This document shows positions 49,634-58,439 of a DNA stretch of 64,000 nucleotides, in pieces. The stretch is from a bacterium. Lineage in GTDB: Bacteria; UBA8248; JACPRG01; G963555815. The stretch's first letter is position 1. Each line of letters starts with the position of its first letter. Where the stretch lies: positions 128,001 to 192,000 of the forward strand of contig CAUVWX020000002.1 in the NCBI GenBank assembly GCA_963555815.3, given 5' to 3'. A model generated the notes under the pieces. That model had not been told where the DNA came from. It worked only from the letters and a program-made list of their open reading frames with translations, and made no database searches. The position numbers were made by a program, and so were the translations under genes.

Positions 49634-49665
49634 CGAAAATATAGCGAAAGCAAGGGGTCTGTCAA
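49634..49665 (-). promoter_or_regulatory. Sigma70 promoter of the RadA-like/PolB operon with a direct-repeat operator candidate
   Basis: Minus strand: TTGACA (49665-49660), 16 nt, TATATT (49643-49638). CGAAA repeats at 49634 and 49645 straddle the -10. Confidence 0.6.
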
Positions 49666-49909
49666 GATAGATTCGTCCTGGGAGACTAATTTCATGTAAT
49701 TAGCTGATCTATTGAAGATTAATTGGATGGAGGTTGAGGTTCTAGGTCGCTACCTACTGTTGCTTCGCGTTAGCGGCGCCTTGCCCTGAAACGTCGGAAA
49801 ACCCTTGCCTCCCGTCAGCACTTCAACTAATACTTGATTGTATTGCAGCAAGAGAACCCTTTTGGAGTCTTTCTCCCTAGAGCCCTCACGAGTGCCTAAG
49901 GAGCCTAAC

Positions 49910-50317
49910 ATGAAGAAAAATTTTATCGGATTCTTGTTCCTTGTGCCTCTACTCATAACGGCATGCACAGTGCCGTACGATGATCTCAACACTGCGCCAA
50001 GCTCCCTAACCCCTGGTGTAGTGAAAACCGAGATCGTCACAGGTGAAACAACACAAGCGGAAGTGCTGGAAGTTTTTGGCCCTCCTGATCTTGTCACCGT
50101 TGATAAAGGCATTGAGTTGTGGGGATACGACAAGATCTCTCGCGAAACAGCGTATTCTTCGTTCGGTATTTTGGCCGGTGGCCTTGCCGGTCCAGCCGTT
50201 GCTGGTGGGGTCGTGCGGGGGGGGAAGACCACCCAAACCACAAAGACCGTGTTCCTCCTCATTTATTTCAAGAATGACGTGGTTGTCGATCATAAACTTA
50301 GTGCCACAAAATTCTAA
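49910..50317 (+). CDS. Lipoprotein, SmpA/BamE-like
   Basis: RBS aaggag, lipobox ITAC, and G.TTQAEVLEVFGPP...W.Y motif. Confidence 0.75.
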   Translation: MKKNFIGFLFLVPLLITACTVPYDDLNTAPSSLTPGVVKTEIVTGETTQAEVLEVFGPPDLVTVDKGIELWGYDKISRETAYSSFGILAGGLAGPAVAGGVVRGGKTTQTTKTVFLLIYFKNDVVVDHKLSATKF

Positions 50318-50341
50318 CGGAGCCAAAAGGGGAATAAACTT

Positions 50342-50953
50342 GTGAGACCTTTGAAACATTCCCTCCTAATCCTCGTGGTGTTGATTCTATATGCTTGCGC
50401 TGCTGGACCAGGAGTTGGCCCTGGCCAGTTGGCGACAAGGGCCATAGAAACCCGCATTATCGATGCGGATTTTGACACAGCGTATCGAGCCGCCAGCCAC
50501 GCGATGTTCGCCTTGGGCTTCACCATAAGTCATACCGAGAAAGAATCTGGTATTTTGGTTGGGAGATTTACTGATCTCCATAAGGGCCGAAAGGTTGGTT
50601 ATGTGTTGTTGTTTGGAGTGGTGGGTGCACTGATTGATACTAAGGAGACGTTCGATGTGACCCTTTTTCTAATCCCGAGACGTGATGAAGAGAATAAAAC
50701 GACGCTTCGAATCCAGATGGCAATAGATGGTAAGCTAAAGCTGAACAACGAAGTCGTAAGCAGGATTTGGATAGTTACCCAACGCGCGGCGATGTTGGAG
50801 GCGGGCGTAACTATTCCGGAAGAATTAGAGGAACAGTTCCAAAAGTTAGAAGAAGAAAGTGCCTCAGCACAAAATGTGGCACAAGAGGAATTTGAGAGGG
50901 AAGAAGCGGAAAGGAAAAAACACGACGAGTCTACTGGGCTAAAAAGGCCCTAG
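50342..50953 (+). CDS. Hypothetical lipoprotein
   Basis: Lipobox LYAC; RAIETR...GFTI...KESGIL segment; co-oriented with the upstream lipoprotein gene. Confidence 0.7.
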   Translation: MRPLKHSLLILVVLILYACAAGPGVGPGQLATRAIETRIIDADFDTAYRAASHAMFALGFTISHTEKESGILVGRFTDLHKGRKVGYVLLFGVVGALIDTKETFDVTLFLIPRRDEENKTTLRIQMAIDGKLKLNNEVVSRIWIVTQRAAMLEAGVTIPEELEEQFQKLEEESASAQNVAQEEFEREEAERKKHDESTGLKRP

Positions 50954-51029
50954 AATTACAAGACACTCAAATCAGTTCGGAGTACCCTGGTACCGCATAG
51001 AAGGTGATTTTAGCCACACCTTGTGTCTG

Positions 51030-51845
51030 TCACCCATTGGTCTCCTGGGTATTGACAAGCATCCCCTGAAGCATACGCACCGAGGCCGGCGCATGGCCCG
51101 CATAGTGGTTGTTGAAGTAGGCTAGGATATCAAGCTTCCGCTCTAGAAGATCCTGAAAGACAGGGACCCATCGGAGCAGATCTTCAGTGCGGTCAATCAC
51201 CACCCTGTCCCAGGTGTCGGTCATCCCCTCAATCTTTTTTCGATCGCCAAGCCAGCGGACGAAGACGAAATCTGCCGTCACAGGGTCCACCTTATTCACC
51301 AGCTCGTCGATCTTGTTCATCCAGGGGTGATCTATGAGTGTGAAGGCCACCCCGTGATCCCGTAGGATGCTCAGAAGCTCTTCTTCCACCCAGGCCTTGT
51401 TCCGCACCTCGACAGCAAAGCGATAGCCCTGGGGGAGCTTCCCGAGGAACTTCCTGAGGCGGTCGAAAAAGGGTTTCGGGCTGGGAAATCTCTTCCTGTT
51501 GAAGTAGGGGAATTGGAAGAGGAGCGGACTGAGTTTATCTTCTAAGAGGTCCATTACCCCAAGGAAGGTTCTAAGGTCCTCTCCGCAGTCCTGCAGTACT
51601 TTTTCATGAGTGATGACCTGGGGAACCTTGGCCGAGAAGACGAAACCATCGGGGAGCTTTCGCCTCCAGCCCTCAACTGTCCTGGCAGAAGGGCTCCTGT
51701 AGAAGGTGGCATCGCACTCGACAGTATTGAACTTCTGGGCGTAGGCTACTAGGTAGCCAGAAGGGCGGGTCCCAGGTGGGTAAAAACTCTTCCCCCATCC
51801 CTCCGCCGTCCAGCTTGAAGTCCCTAGTAACAGCCGTCCATTCAC
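51030..51845 (-). CDS. DUF72 family protein
   Basis: LGTSSW, FYP, FNTVECDATFYR.P, KVPQVITH, AVEVRN and YFNNHYAGHA motifs. Confidence 0.92.
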   Translation of the reverse strand: MNGRLLLGTSSWTAEGWGKSFYPPGTRPSGYLVAYAQKFNTVECDATFYRSPSARTVEGWRRKLPDGFVFSAKVPQVITHEKVLQDCGEDLRTFLGVMDLLEDKLSPLLFQFPYFNRKRFPSPKPFFDRLRKFLGKLPQGYRFAVEVRNKAWVEEELLSILRDHGVAFTLIDHPWMNKIDELVNKVDPVTADFVFVRWLGDRKKIEGMTDTWDRVVIDRTEDLLRWVPVFQDLLERKLDILAYFNNHYAGHAPASVRMLQGMLVNTQETNG

Positions 51846-51966
51846 TTCCTCACCTCTAGAATGAGTTGCTCTGTCAGTCTAGCAGGACACCATAATATCG
51901 GGAACAGCTTCTATATTCCTTCAGGCGAGGGTATCATTTAGCCATAGGTTCCACTTCAGGGGACAG

Positions 51967-52974
51967 TTGGCAAACATCGACCTGCGGTCCAGGTCCATAC
52001 ACATTCTGCATGCACTTAGGAACGTCATAAGACGGATATACCGCATCTCATTCTGCTGTATGGCCTTTGCCTTGGTCGCATGCGGATCGCCGAAAGATTT
52101 TATCAGGGCGACAAGCGATTTCGCGGCGGCAACGGCGACCGTATCCGAGGCATACCGCCAGCAAATAATGGTGATCCACACCCTGGAGGCAGATACCCAT
52201 CTCCGCATTGCTCGCCTAAACCCGGAAGAAGATCTGAACCTGAAAACATTAAGGGATGTTAGAACCTTCAGCGAAGACGCGCTCAACGCAAGGCTTGACG
52301 CGGTCGATGCAGTCGTGATCTATGCAAACCTTCTCGCGGAGGCTGCCGGTGACGACATTGGGGCCACTTTTGCAGAGAAAGTTGAAGCCGCAAGCATCTC
52401 CTTCCAGGGCCTTAGCAAGCGATTTTCTGATGCAACAAACGATCCAACGGATGGTGAGAAGCTTTTGGAGGTGGGCGGGCTTTTCACCACAATCGCTTCA
52501 AACCTCGGTCGAACGATCCTGGAGAGACAACAGGCATCGGCGATTCGAATGGCGGTTATTTCAGCCGAGCCTGACATATCCAAAATCCTGGACCTTCTCA
52601 AAGATGACATTGCTGTCTTCAAGATTCTCCGGGGCACGAAAGCGGATGAGCGATTGAAGGAAGTAATAGTCGCCTACAACGCCAAAGTGAAGGCCCATCG
52701 CGCCAACCCGACCGAGAGCAAGTTTCCGGGCAAAGCGCATGAACAGGCACACATCTTGGTAGCTGAGGAGTACGGGACGTTTAACGCCCTGTCCCTGACT
52801 CAGCGTCGCCTAAGCGACGTTCTCATTGCCCTTGATAAAGCTAACGAGGCGCTCGCCAAAGTCGCGGAATCCAAAGACAGAGAGCGCTCCACAAGTGAAC
52901 TCCTTGCCACAACCCAAGAGTTGCGGATACGGGTGGAAGCTGTACTAAAGTCCATCGAGGCTCTGAAGAAATGA
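51967..52974 (+). CDS. Alpha-helical hypothetical lipoprotein (start uncertain)
   Basis: Lipobox LVAC near the N-terminus; long amphipathic helical sequence. Confidence 0.65.
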   Translation: MANIDLRSRSIHILHALRNVIRRIYRISFCCMAFALVACGSPKDFIRATSDFAAATATVSEAYRQQIMVIHTLEADTHLRIARLNPEEDLNLKTLRDVRTFSEDALNARLDAVDAVVIYANLLAEAAGDDIGATFAEKVEAASISFQGLSKRFSDATNDPTDGEKLLEVGGLFTTIASNLGRTILERQQASAIRMAVISAEPDISKILDLLKDDIAVFKILRGTKADERLKEVIVAYNAKVKAHRANPTESKFPGKAHEQAHILVAEEYGTFNALSLTQRRLSDVLIALDKANEALAKVAESKDRERSTSELLATTQELRIRVEAVLKSIEALKK

Positions 52975-52996
52975 AGGAGCTACGAAGGAGAGAGCA

Positions 52997-53356
52997 ATGA
53001 GCCGGGAAGTCCCTGAGTCTCTAGAGAACATGGGCCAGTTGGCGCGGCGGATCGATGATCAAGAGGCAGACTCTCAAAACGGCCTGACGAATCAGGAGCG
53101 TGACGATCTCAAAAGAGAATTGCGCAAGATAAGGATGGAGATGTCCGAACTTGCCCGTGGAATATTCGATGCGACCTCAGGGGGCTTCGCCGAAGCTAAG
53201 AATAAACTAGACGGACATGTGCAAACACTTAGCAGTAAACTTACTCAACTTCGACGGGCGGCCGAAATTGCAGATGACGTCAAGAACATCGCTGCGTCCG
53301 TAGATGAACTGCTAGCGTTGGCATCATCGATCGCCAGCCGGGCGAAGCCACTTTGA
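52997..53356 (+). CDS. Small helical hypothetical protein
   Basis: RBS aaggag; 119-aa coiled-coil-like ORF directly downstream of the lipoprotein gene. Confidence 0.65.
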   Translation: MSREVPESLENMGQLARRIDDQEADSQNGLTNQERDDLKRELRKIRMEMSELARGIFDATSGGFAEAKNKLDGHVQTLSSKLTQLRRAAEIADDVKNIAASVDELLALASSIASRAKPL

Positions 53357-53657
53357 TCGATTAGGCCCGCGTTCCAACGAATACACTTACATTCGTCTTC
53401 CAGCCAAAGAACTTCTATGAAGGTCGTCGAACCAAATGGGTTGGAAAGCTCACTAGCGACGAAGTGTTTCCATTCATGCGAGAATCTGGAAATTCTACCC
53501 GGGATCATTGACTACTGGGTGGGCCACGAGTTGCTTCAGTCGCTACCCATCGGACCCGTTCGACTTCACAGCTATCCCGATCCATCCAGCCAAACAGTTC
53601 TGCCTGGCCCATGTCCGGAAGGGAACTCTCGTTGGGTAAAGGGGTTTCGAAAGCCCG

Positions 53658-53686
53658 TTGACAGGGCTATTAGAAGTGATTTTAAT
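53658..53686 (+). promoter_or_regulatory. Sigma70-like promoter upstream of the poly-G-split gene
   Basis: TTGACA (53658-53663), 17 nt, TTTAAT (53681-53686). Confidence 0.5.
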
Positions 53687-53864
53687 GGATTAAAGCACCG
53701 ATGACGCCTGGAAGGGCATCATCCCAGGTTGAAATAAAAAATTCCCATCAAGATCAATCCGAGGTCATCGGCTGTGCGAGCGCCGGCGTTTAGTCAGGAG
53801 CACGGTCCTCAAATCCTCGGACGAGAGCATCGGAAGTAATCCTCTGGAAAGAGAGGATCAAGCA

Positions 53865-55350
53865 ATGGGCAGGCTCAAGGGTTTGACCTCTCCCGTTTCT
53901 TATTTGAATACCCTCCCCAAAATACTGACTGCATTAGCAACCTTAATTGGAGCAATAACTGCATTAATCTTGGTTTTGTCTCCTCCTAATATGCCTGATG
54001 AAGAGATGGAAAGGACGGGGCCCCCTGGGGGGGGGCGTACAACACAAGCCCACTGACGAGGGGGCTGAAGTGCTCTCTTTACTTAAGCGGGCGGACGCTC
54101 ATTTTGTCCTCTTAAGGTTTGTGACGCCCAAAGATGGCAATGCGCATGAGACGCTTGTGAAAGTCCTGGAGCTTGACCCAGGGAACGAACGGGCATTGAA
54201 GAAAATTCAGGAGATTTCGGAGATTTACCGTGGGTGGGGCAAGGCGGATTTTAGGAAGATGAAATTTTCTAGGGCAAGGGGACACTTTGAAAAGGTCCTC
54301 TTAATCCATCCTGAGGACCGGGGCGCTCAGGACTGGTTAGAGGCCATTGAGCAGGCCGGGGAGGAAGTTCGCATAACAGTGCGGGAACCGGAGGAGCAAG
54401 ATCGCCTTGCCTTACTTGAGCAAGAGCAAAAAGAGGACGAAAGGACACGCAGGGAGGAGGTGTTAGAAGAAGTACTACAAGTACTACGAAGAGAGGGAGA
54501 ACCAGAAGCACCACCAAGATTTGAGGCTGAAGACGGTTTCCTGCGGCGCGTAGGAGAATTTTCAGGGGTAGAAGGGGTGTGGCGGGTAGTCAGGACCGGC
54601 GAGGACACGACCGACGGTGGGACTCCCTTCCCTTCGGAAAGGACCTTCACTCTGGTGCTCCGAGCGGATGGAAGCACGCTTCGCGGATCTATGTCGACCC
54701 ATTCGATGGGCACTCTCCCGTCTGAAAACTTTTGGGCGGACGAGATCACGAATGAGCATTGTGGCAAGGCGCCGGACGGTCGAGTCAGGCACGCAGAGAG
54801 CCGTCAACCTCTGGGGGGAACGGTTTTTGAGGGGGAGTTTGTACATTTCACCTCGTCTCCTGGAGAGATCGTGGTGGATGATTGCAGCCTTCTTCAAAAG
54901 CACGGGGTGGACCGTCTCTTGGACACGGGGTCCTTTAACGGGGAACTTTCCCCGGACGGTAGCTCCATCACCCTGGACTGGGAGTGGGCCGAATTCCTGG
55001 GCGGCGGAAACATAGTCTTGAAGAAGGTGGATGAAGAACCCCTGCCGCTCGTGTTCGATGATCCGGGGGTCCGAGGGGCCACGAACCTCTTAATCGTTTA
55101 TGAGGATCGTTACGAAAAGAAACAAAAGGAGCTTGTCTCGCAACTTCGCGCTCTCGGCTATAACCCGAGGCTGGGGAACGTTTCGAAGGGGTTTTCCTGC
55201 AGTGCGAATGCACGAAGCCTGGCGTTGGGGGGCGGGACCGACCCCGCAGTCCTGGATGAGCTTCGCAGCAAAGCAGATGACGTGATGCCGAATTTCTTTA
55301 CAGAGTGGTTAGATGATAGCGACCTTAACCACATTTACTTGTGTGGTTAA
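53865..55350 (+). pseudogene. Membrane-anchored TPR-containing protein split by a frameshift at a G9 tract
   Basis: ORF 53865-54056 (RBS gagga, TM anchor) joins ORF 53998-55350 (P..GNA....KVLELDPGN TPR) if G9 at 54027-54035 is G8 or G11. Confidence 0.7.
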
Positions 55351-55425
55351 TGAGAGTTTATCGTTGTCCTTCAGGACTTAAGAGTGGACAATTGTGCGGT
55401 GGTTCCCCAAGTGGAATTAAGTGAG

Positions 55426-55516
55426 GATCCCGAGAAAATTGGGGTATTTGGTATGGTCCAGGGGGGACTCCGCCCCTTTTTCGCCCCTGCATGGGGGGCT
55501 ACCCCCCCCTTCCGGT
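55426..55516 (+). repeat. Island ~100-bp repeat, copy C
   Basis: GATCCCGAGAAAATTGGGGTATTTGGTATGGTC...GGGGGGCTACCCCCCCCTTCCGG. Confidence 0.8.
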
Positions 55517-55666
55517 AGGAAGGACGGAGGGGTCTCCAAAAAGTCTCCAAATTGCACCCTTAAGGCGGTATGCTGCGGTATACGGTTGGGGACAGCTGAT
55601 TTCGGAATCCATTGATAATGTGGGGATTGAAAGCAACAGCGGGGGTCCGGAGATGGGCCAAAAACC

Positions 55667-55713
55667 GACTGGCAGTCATGAGGTCGGCGGTTCGATCTCG
55701 CTCAGCTACACAA
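55667..55713 (+). pseudogene. 3' half of a tRNA-Ala(GGC) gene (att-like remnant)
   Basis: GACTGGCAGTCATGAGGTCGGCGGTTCGATCTCGCTCAGCTACACAA has an anticodon arm with GGC, a T-arm GGTTCGA and a decayed acceptor end; no D-arm or 5' half upstream. Confidence 0.8.
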
Positions 55714-55721
55714 ATTAAATC

Positions 55722-55758
55722 AAGGGGTTGAGAGACTCTCGCAGCCCCTTTTTTATTT
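55722..55758 (+). terminator. Intrinsic terminator after the tRNA fragment
   Basis: AAGGGGTTG...CAGCCCCTT stem followed by TTTTATTT. Confidence 0.65.
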
Positions 55759-55832
55759 GCTCGATTCCAGAAAATGTCTGAATGGCCGTTGTCGCCCAAG
55801 CGCTTCCCCTTCACCTCGTCTTGAGCGTTTTC

Positions 55833-55997
55833 TCATCTCGCATCCAGTGGACGGATGGGTCGGACGACTCCCACGGCTTTGCGAAGGGCCATCCTTGCGA
55901 TGTTGACATCTGCCAAGGCGGAGAAGGAATTTGTCCTCGCCTCTAGCTCCGCACTTTGCGCGATGAGGAGACTTTCGATCGTCCCCTTTGCCGTCAT
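55833..55997 (-). pseudogene. Probable C-terminal remnant of a TolC-family gene
   Basis: Reads MTAKGTIESLLIAQSAELEARTNSFSALADVNIARMALRKAVG, like the last helices of outer-membrane efflux proteins; stops lie upstream in frame. Confidence 0.4.
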
Positions 55998-56142
55998 TCA
56001 ACTCGGGGTGCCCGATGCGAGAAGTCTCAGGAACCTCTTTTCTTCGATGTGTCAACCTGAAATGGCTTGAGATCTGGGGATCTAAGAGGAATGGAGCAGA
56101 ATCAGGGAGACGGGTGGGATATCCGCTCCCCCGGGAGGGGCC

Positions 56143-57171
56143 CTAAATCCCACACCTCTTCATCTTCTGGTAAAGAGTTTTTCGATTGATCTGGAGGACG
56201 CGGGCCGCCCTCGACCGATTGTTTTTGGCGAGGTTTAGGGCCGTCTGGATGGCCTCCCGCTCCACCTGCTCAACGATGCGCTGACTCATCTCCGTCAAGC
56301 CCAACCCCTCCTCCAGCCAGGACGCGATGTCCAGGTGGCCATTGTCCCCACCGGAGCTGTTCTTGCCGTTCATAAAGGTCAAGTGATCTGGTCCGATGAC
56401 CCCCTTCGCCAGGAGCATGGCGCGCCGGACAATGTTTCTCAGCTCGCGCACATTGCCCGGGAAGGGATAGGCGAGGAGTGTGTCCATGGCCTCTTCCGAG
56501 AACCCTTCGATCTCCTTGTTCAACTCCGCGTTGGTTTCCTCCCGGAAACGATTGGCCAGGTGAGGGACATCTTCTTTTCTCTCTCGAAGGGCCGGGATCT
56601 TGATGATGAACTCGCTCAGCCGGTGATAGAGGTCCGCCCGGAAGTTCTCCTTCCTGACCTCTTCCTCCAGGTTCACGTTTGAGGCCACCAGGAGTCTTCC
56701 CTTCAGGGGAACGGGTTTTTTACCCCCGACGGGCAAAAAGGCCTTCTCCTCAAGGGCCCTCAGAAACTTGCGCTGCATCTCCGGCGTCAGGCCCGTGATC
56801 TCATCTAGGAGCAGGGTCCCACCGCCGGCCACCGCCAGGAGTCCCGGGACCTTTGAGTCCGCCCCCGTGAAGGCCCCCTTCTCGTGGCCGAAGAGCTCGC
56901 TCTCAAAGAGCGACCCTGACATGGCCCCGCAGTCGACGCCGAGGAAGGGCATTGCCCTTCTCTTGCTCCGGTGATGGATCTGCCGGGCGACGACCTCTTT
57001 TCCTGTCCCCGTCTCTCCTTGGATGATGACCGTGTAATCGGTCTTTGCGATTTGCTCGATGGCGAGGGACAGCTCCTCGATGGCCCGGCTTCTCCCCATC
57101 AGGGGCTTGAGCCCATTTGGGCCTGTGTCCCGAGGGGCCGCTGCGTCCGTTGAGAGATTAGGGCTGCTCAC
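56143..57171 (-). CDS. Sigma54-dependent transcriptional activator (AAA+ plus Fis HTH, no receiver domain)
   Basis: GETGTGKE, ESELFGHEKGAFTGA, LLDEI, FRADLYHRL and PGNVREL motifs; C-terminal AARVLQINRKTLY. Confidence 0.93.
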   Translation of the reverse strand: MSSPNLSTDAAAPRDTGPNGLKPLMGRSRAIEELSLAIEQIAKTDYTVIIQGETGTGKEVVARQIHHRSKRRAMPFLGVDCGAMSGSLFESELFGHEKGAFTGADSKVPGLLAVAGGGTLLLDEITGLTPEMQRKFLRALEEKAFLPVGGKKPVPLKGRLLVASNVNLEEEVRKENFRADLYHRLSEFIIKIPALRERKEDVPHLANRFREETNAELNKEIEGFSEEAMDTLLAYPFPGNVRELRNIVRRAMLLAKGVIGPDHLTFMNGKNSSGGDNGHLDIASWLEEGLGLTEMSQRIVEQVEREAIQTALNLAKNNRSRAARVLQINRKTLYQKMKRCGI

Positions 57172-57207
57172 CGCGCATCACCTCCCACCTGAGGGTCTAA
57201 GAGGCCC

Positions 57208-57579
57208 TCAGTTCGCCATTAAACCGAGGATCTTGAGCCACACGTTCTTCTCGAGATGGTTGAGGTCAAGGGGTTTCGTGATGTAATCGTCGGCCCCCAT
57301 CTGGCGAGCCAAGTGAATGACCTCCTCGTCCACCACCCCGGTTATCATGATCACCCCGAGACTGGGGTTCTTCTCCTTTGCCCGAGCCAGGACCTCCATC
57401 CCGTCCATCCCCGGCATGCGAACGTCGAGGAGCATCACGAGGGGCTTCTCGGAGTCCACCTTGCTGAGGGCCTCCTCGCCCCCGCTGGCGGTGATCGGCT
57501 CATACCCCTTTCCCTGGAAGAATTCTCCCAGGGTTTGGCAGGTGAGGGGCTCGTCATCCACGATCAGGATTTTTTTCAT
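57208..57579 (-). CDS. Single-domain response regulator
   Basis: ILIVDDE, LLDVRMPGMDG, MITG and DYITKP motifs. Confidence 0.93.
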   Translation of the reverse strand: MKKILIVDDEPLTCQTLGEFFQGKGYEPITASGGEEALSKVDSEKPLVMLLDVRMPGMDGMEVLARAKEKNPSLGVIMITGVVDEEVIHLARQMGADDYITKPLDLNHLEKNVWLKILGLMAN

Positions 57580-58439
57580 GGGCGCTCTCCTTTGACGGGG
57601 ACTGGGAGCTCGACGCGGAAGGTGGAGCCCTTCCCCTCTGTGCTCTCTACGCTGATTTTGCCGTCGTAGCTTTCGACAATCTCACGACAGATCGATAAAC
57701 CCAGCCCCGTCCCCCGGTCCTGGGGCTTGGTCGTAAAAAAGGGTTCGAAGAGCTTGAGCAGGTTTTCCCTCGAGATCCCGCAGCCCGTGTCAGAGAAGGA
57801 GACCTCTACCGTCTTCTTTCCGTTTACGCCCTTCACCCGCGCCGAGACCGTGAGGGAGCCTCCCTGGGGCATGGCGTCCTTGGCATTGGAGATCAGATTT
57901 AGGAAGACCTGGGAGAGCTGGCGGCGATCGGCCTGAATTTCTGGGAGCCCCTGGGCCAGCTCCTTTTGCAGGTGGATATTGGCCAGCTGCAGCTCTCGGC
58001 CAAGTAAAGAGAGGGTCTCTTCGATCACCTCATCGACCTGCATGTTGGTTTGTATGACAGGCTCTGTCCGCGAAAATCGGCGAAGCTGGTCTGTGATCGT
58101 GACAATCCGCTGGACCTGCTCGAGGATGCCCTGAAACCTTTCCCTGAGAGGAGGTTCCAAATCGGGGCTTGCGAGGGCGAGCTGGGCCTGCATGGAGATG
58201 ATGCTGAGGGGGTTTAAGATTTCGTGGCAGGCCCCTGCCGTCAGCCGGCCAAGGGAGGCGAGCTTCTCAGAGGAGATGAGTTGTCCCCGGGCCCCTTTTG
58301 CCCACCTGTTTTGGCGTGGCGAGGATTTTCGGGGGATGACCCCCGTCTTCGCCGCCGGTTTCCGTTGCCTCTCTTCTTTGGCCTTCATTTCTTTCGCCCT
58401 TCCTGGTTCAAAGGCGCCTTTTTCCTCAGTGTTTCCCAA
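57576..58439 (-). CDS. Histidine kinase (HisKA plus HATPase) without a recognisable sensor domain
   Basis: SEKLASLGRLTAGACHEILNPL, QVFLNLISNAKDAM, DTGCGI and FEPFFTTK..GTGLGL motifs. Confidence 0.9.
   Translation of the reverse strand: MGNTEEKGAFEPGRAKEMKAKEERQRKPAAKTGVIPRKSSPRQNRWAKGARGQLISSEKLASLGRLTAGACHEILNPLSIISMQAQLALASPDLEPPLRERFQGILEQVQRIVTITDQLRRFSRTEPVIQTNMQVDEVIEETLSLLGRELQLANIHLQKELAQGLPEIQADRRQLSQVFLNLISNAKDAMPQGGSLTVSARVKGVNGKKTVEVSFSDTGCGISRENLLKLFEPFFTTKPQDRGTGLGLSICREIVESYDGKISVESTEGKGSTFRVELPVPVKGERP

Larger units (their letters stand above)
32986..55760. mobile_element. Integrase-bearing genomic island / phage-satellite-like element with mosaic cargo
   Basis: int-RHH-xis-AAA ATPase core next to tRNA-Phe; lower-GC accessory cargo; tRNA-Ala 3' fragment at the right end. 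Boundaries are approximate and no matching att direct repeat was found. Confidence 0.8.

Noticed and set aside
49755..49800. attC-like right half (GCTTCGCG...GAAACGTCGG) before the lipoprotein genes
   Set aside because: It shares words with attC1 but has no RYYYAAC left end and GTC instead of GTT; too degenerate to call.
53360..53860. 500-bp gap with short ORFs and weak hairpins as a possible ncRNA
   Set aside because: No recognisable RNA family or convincing structure; only a promoter could be supported.
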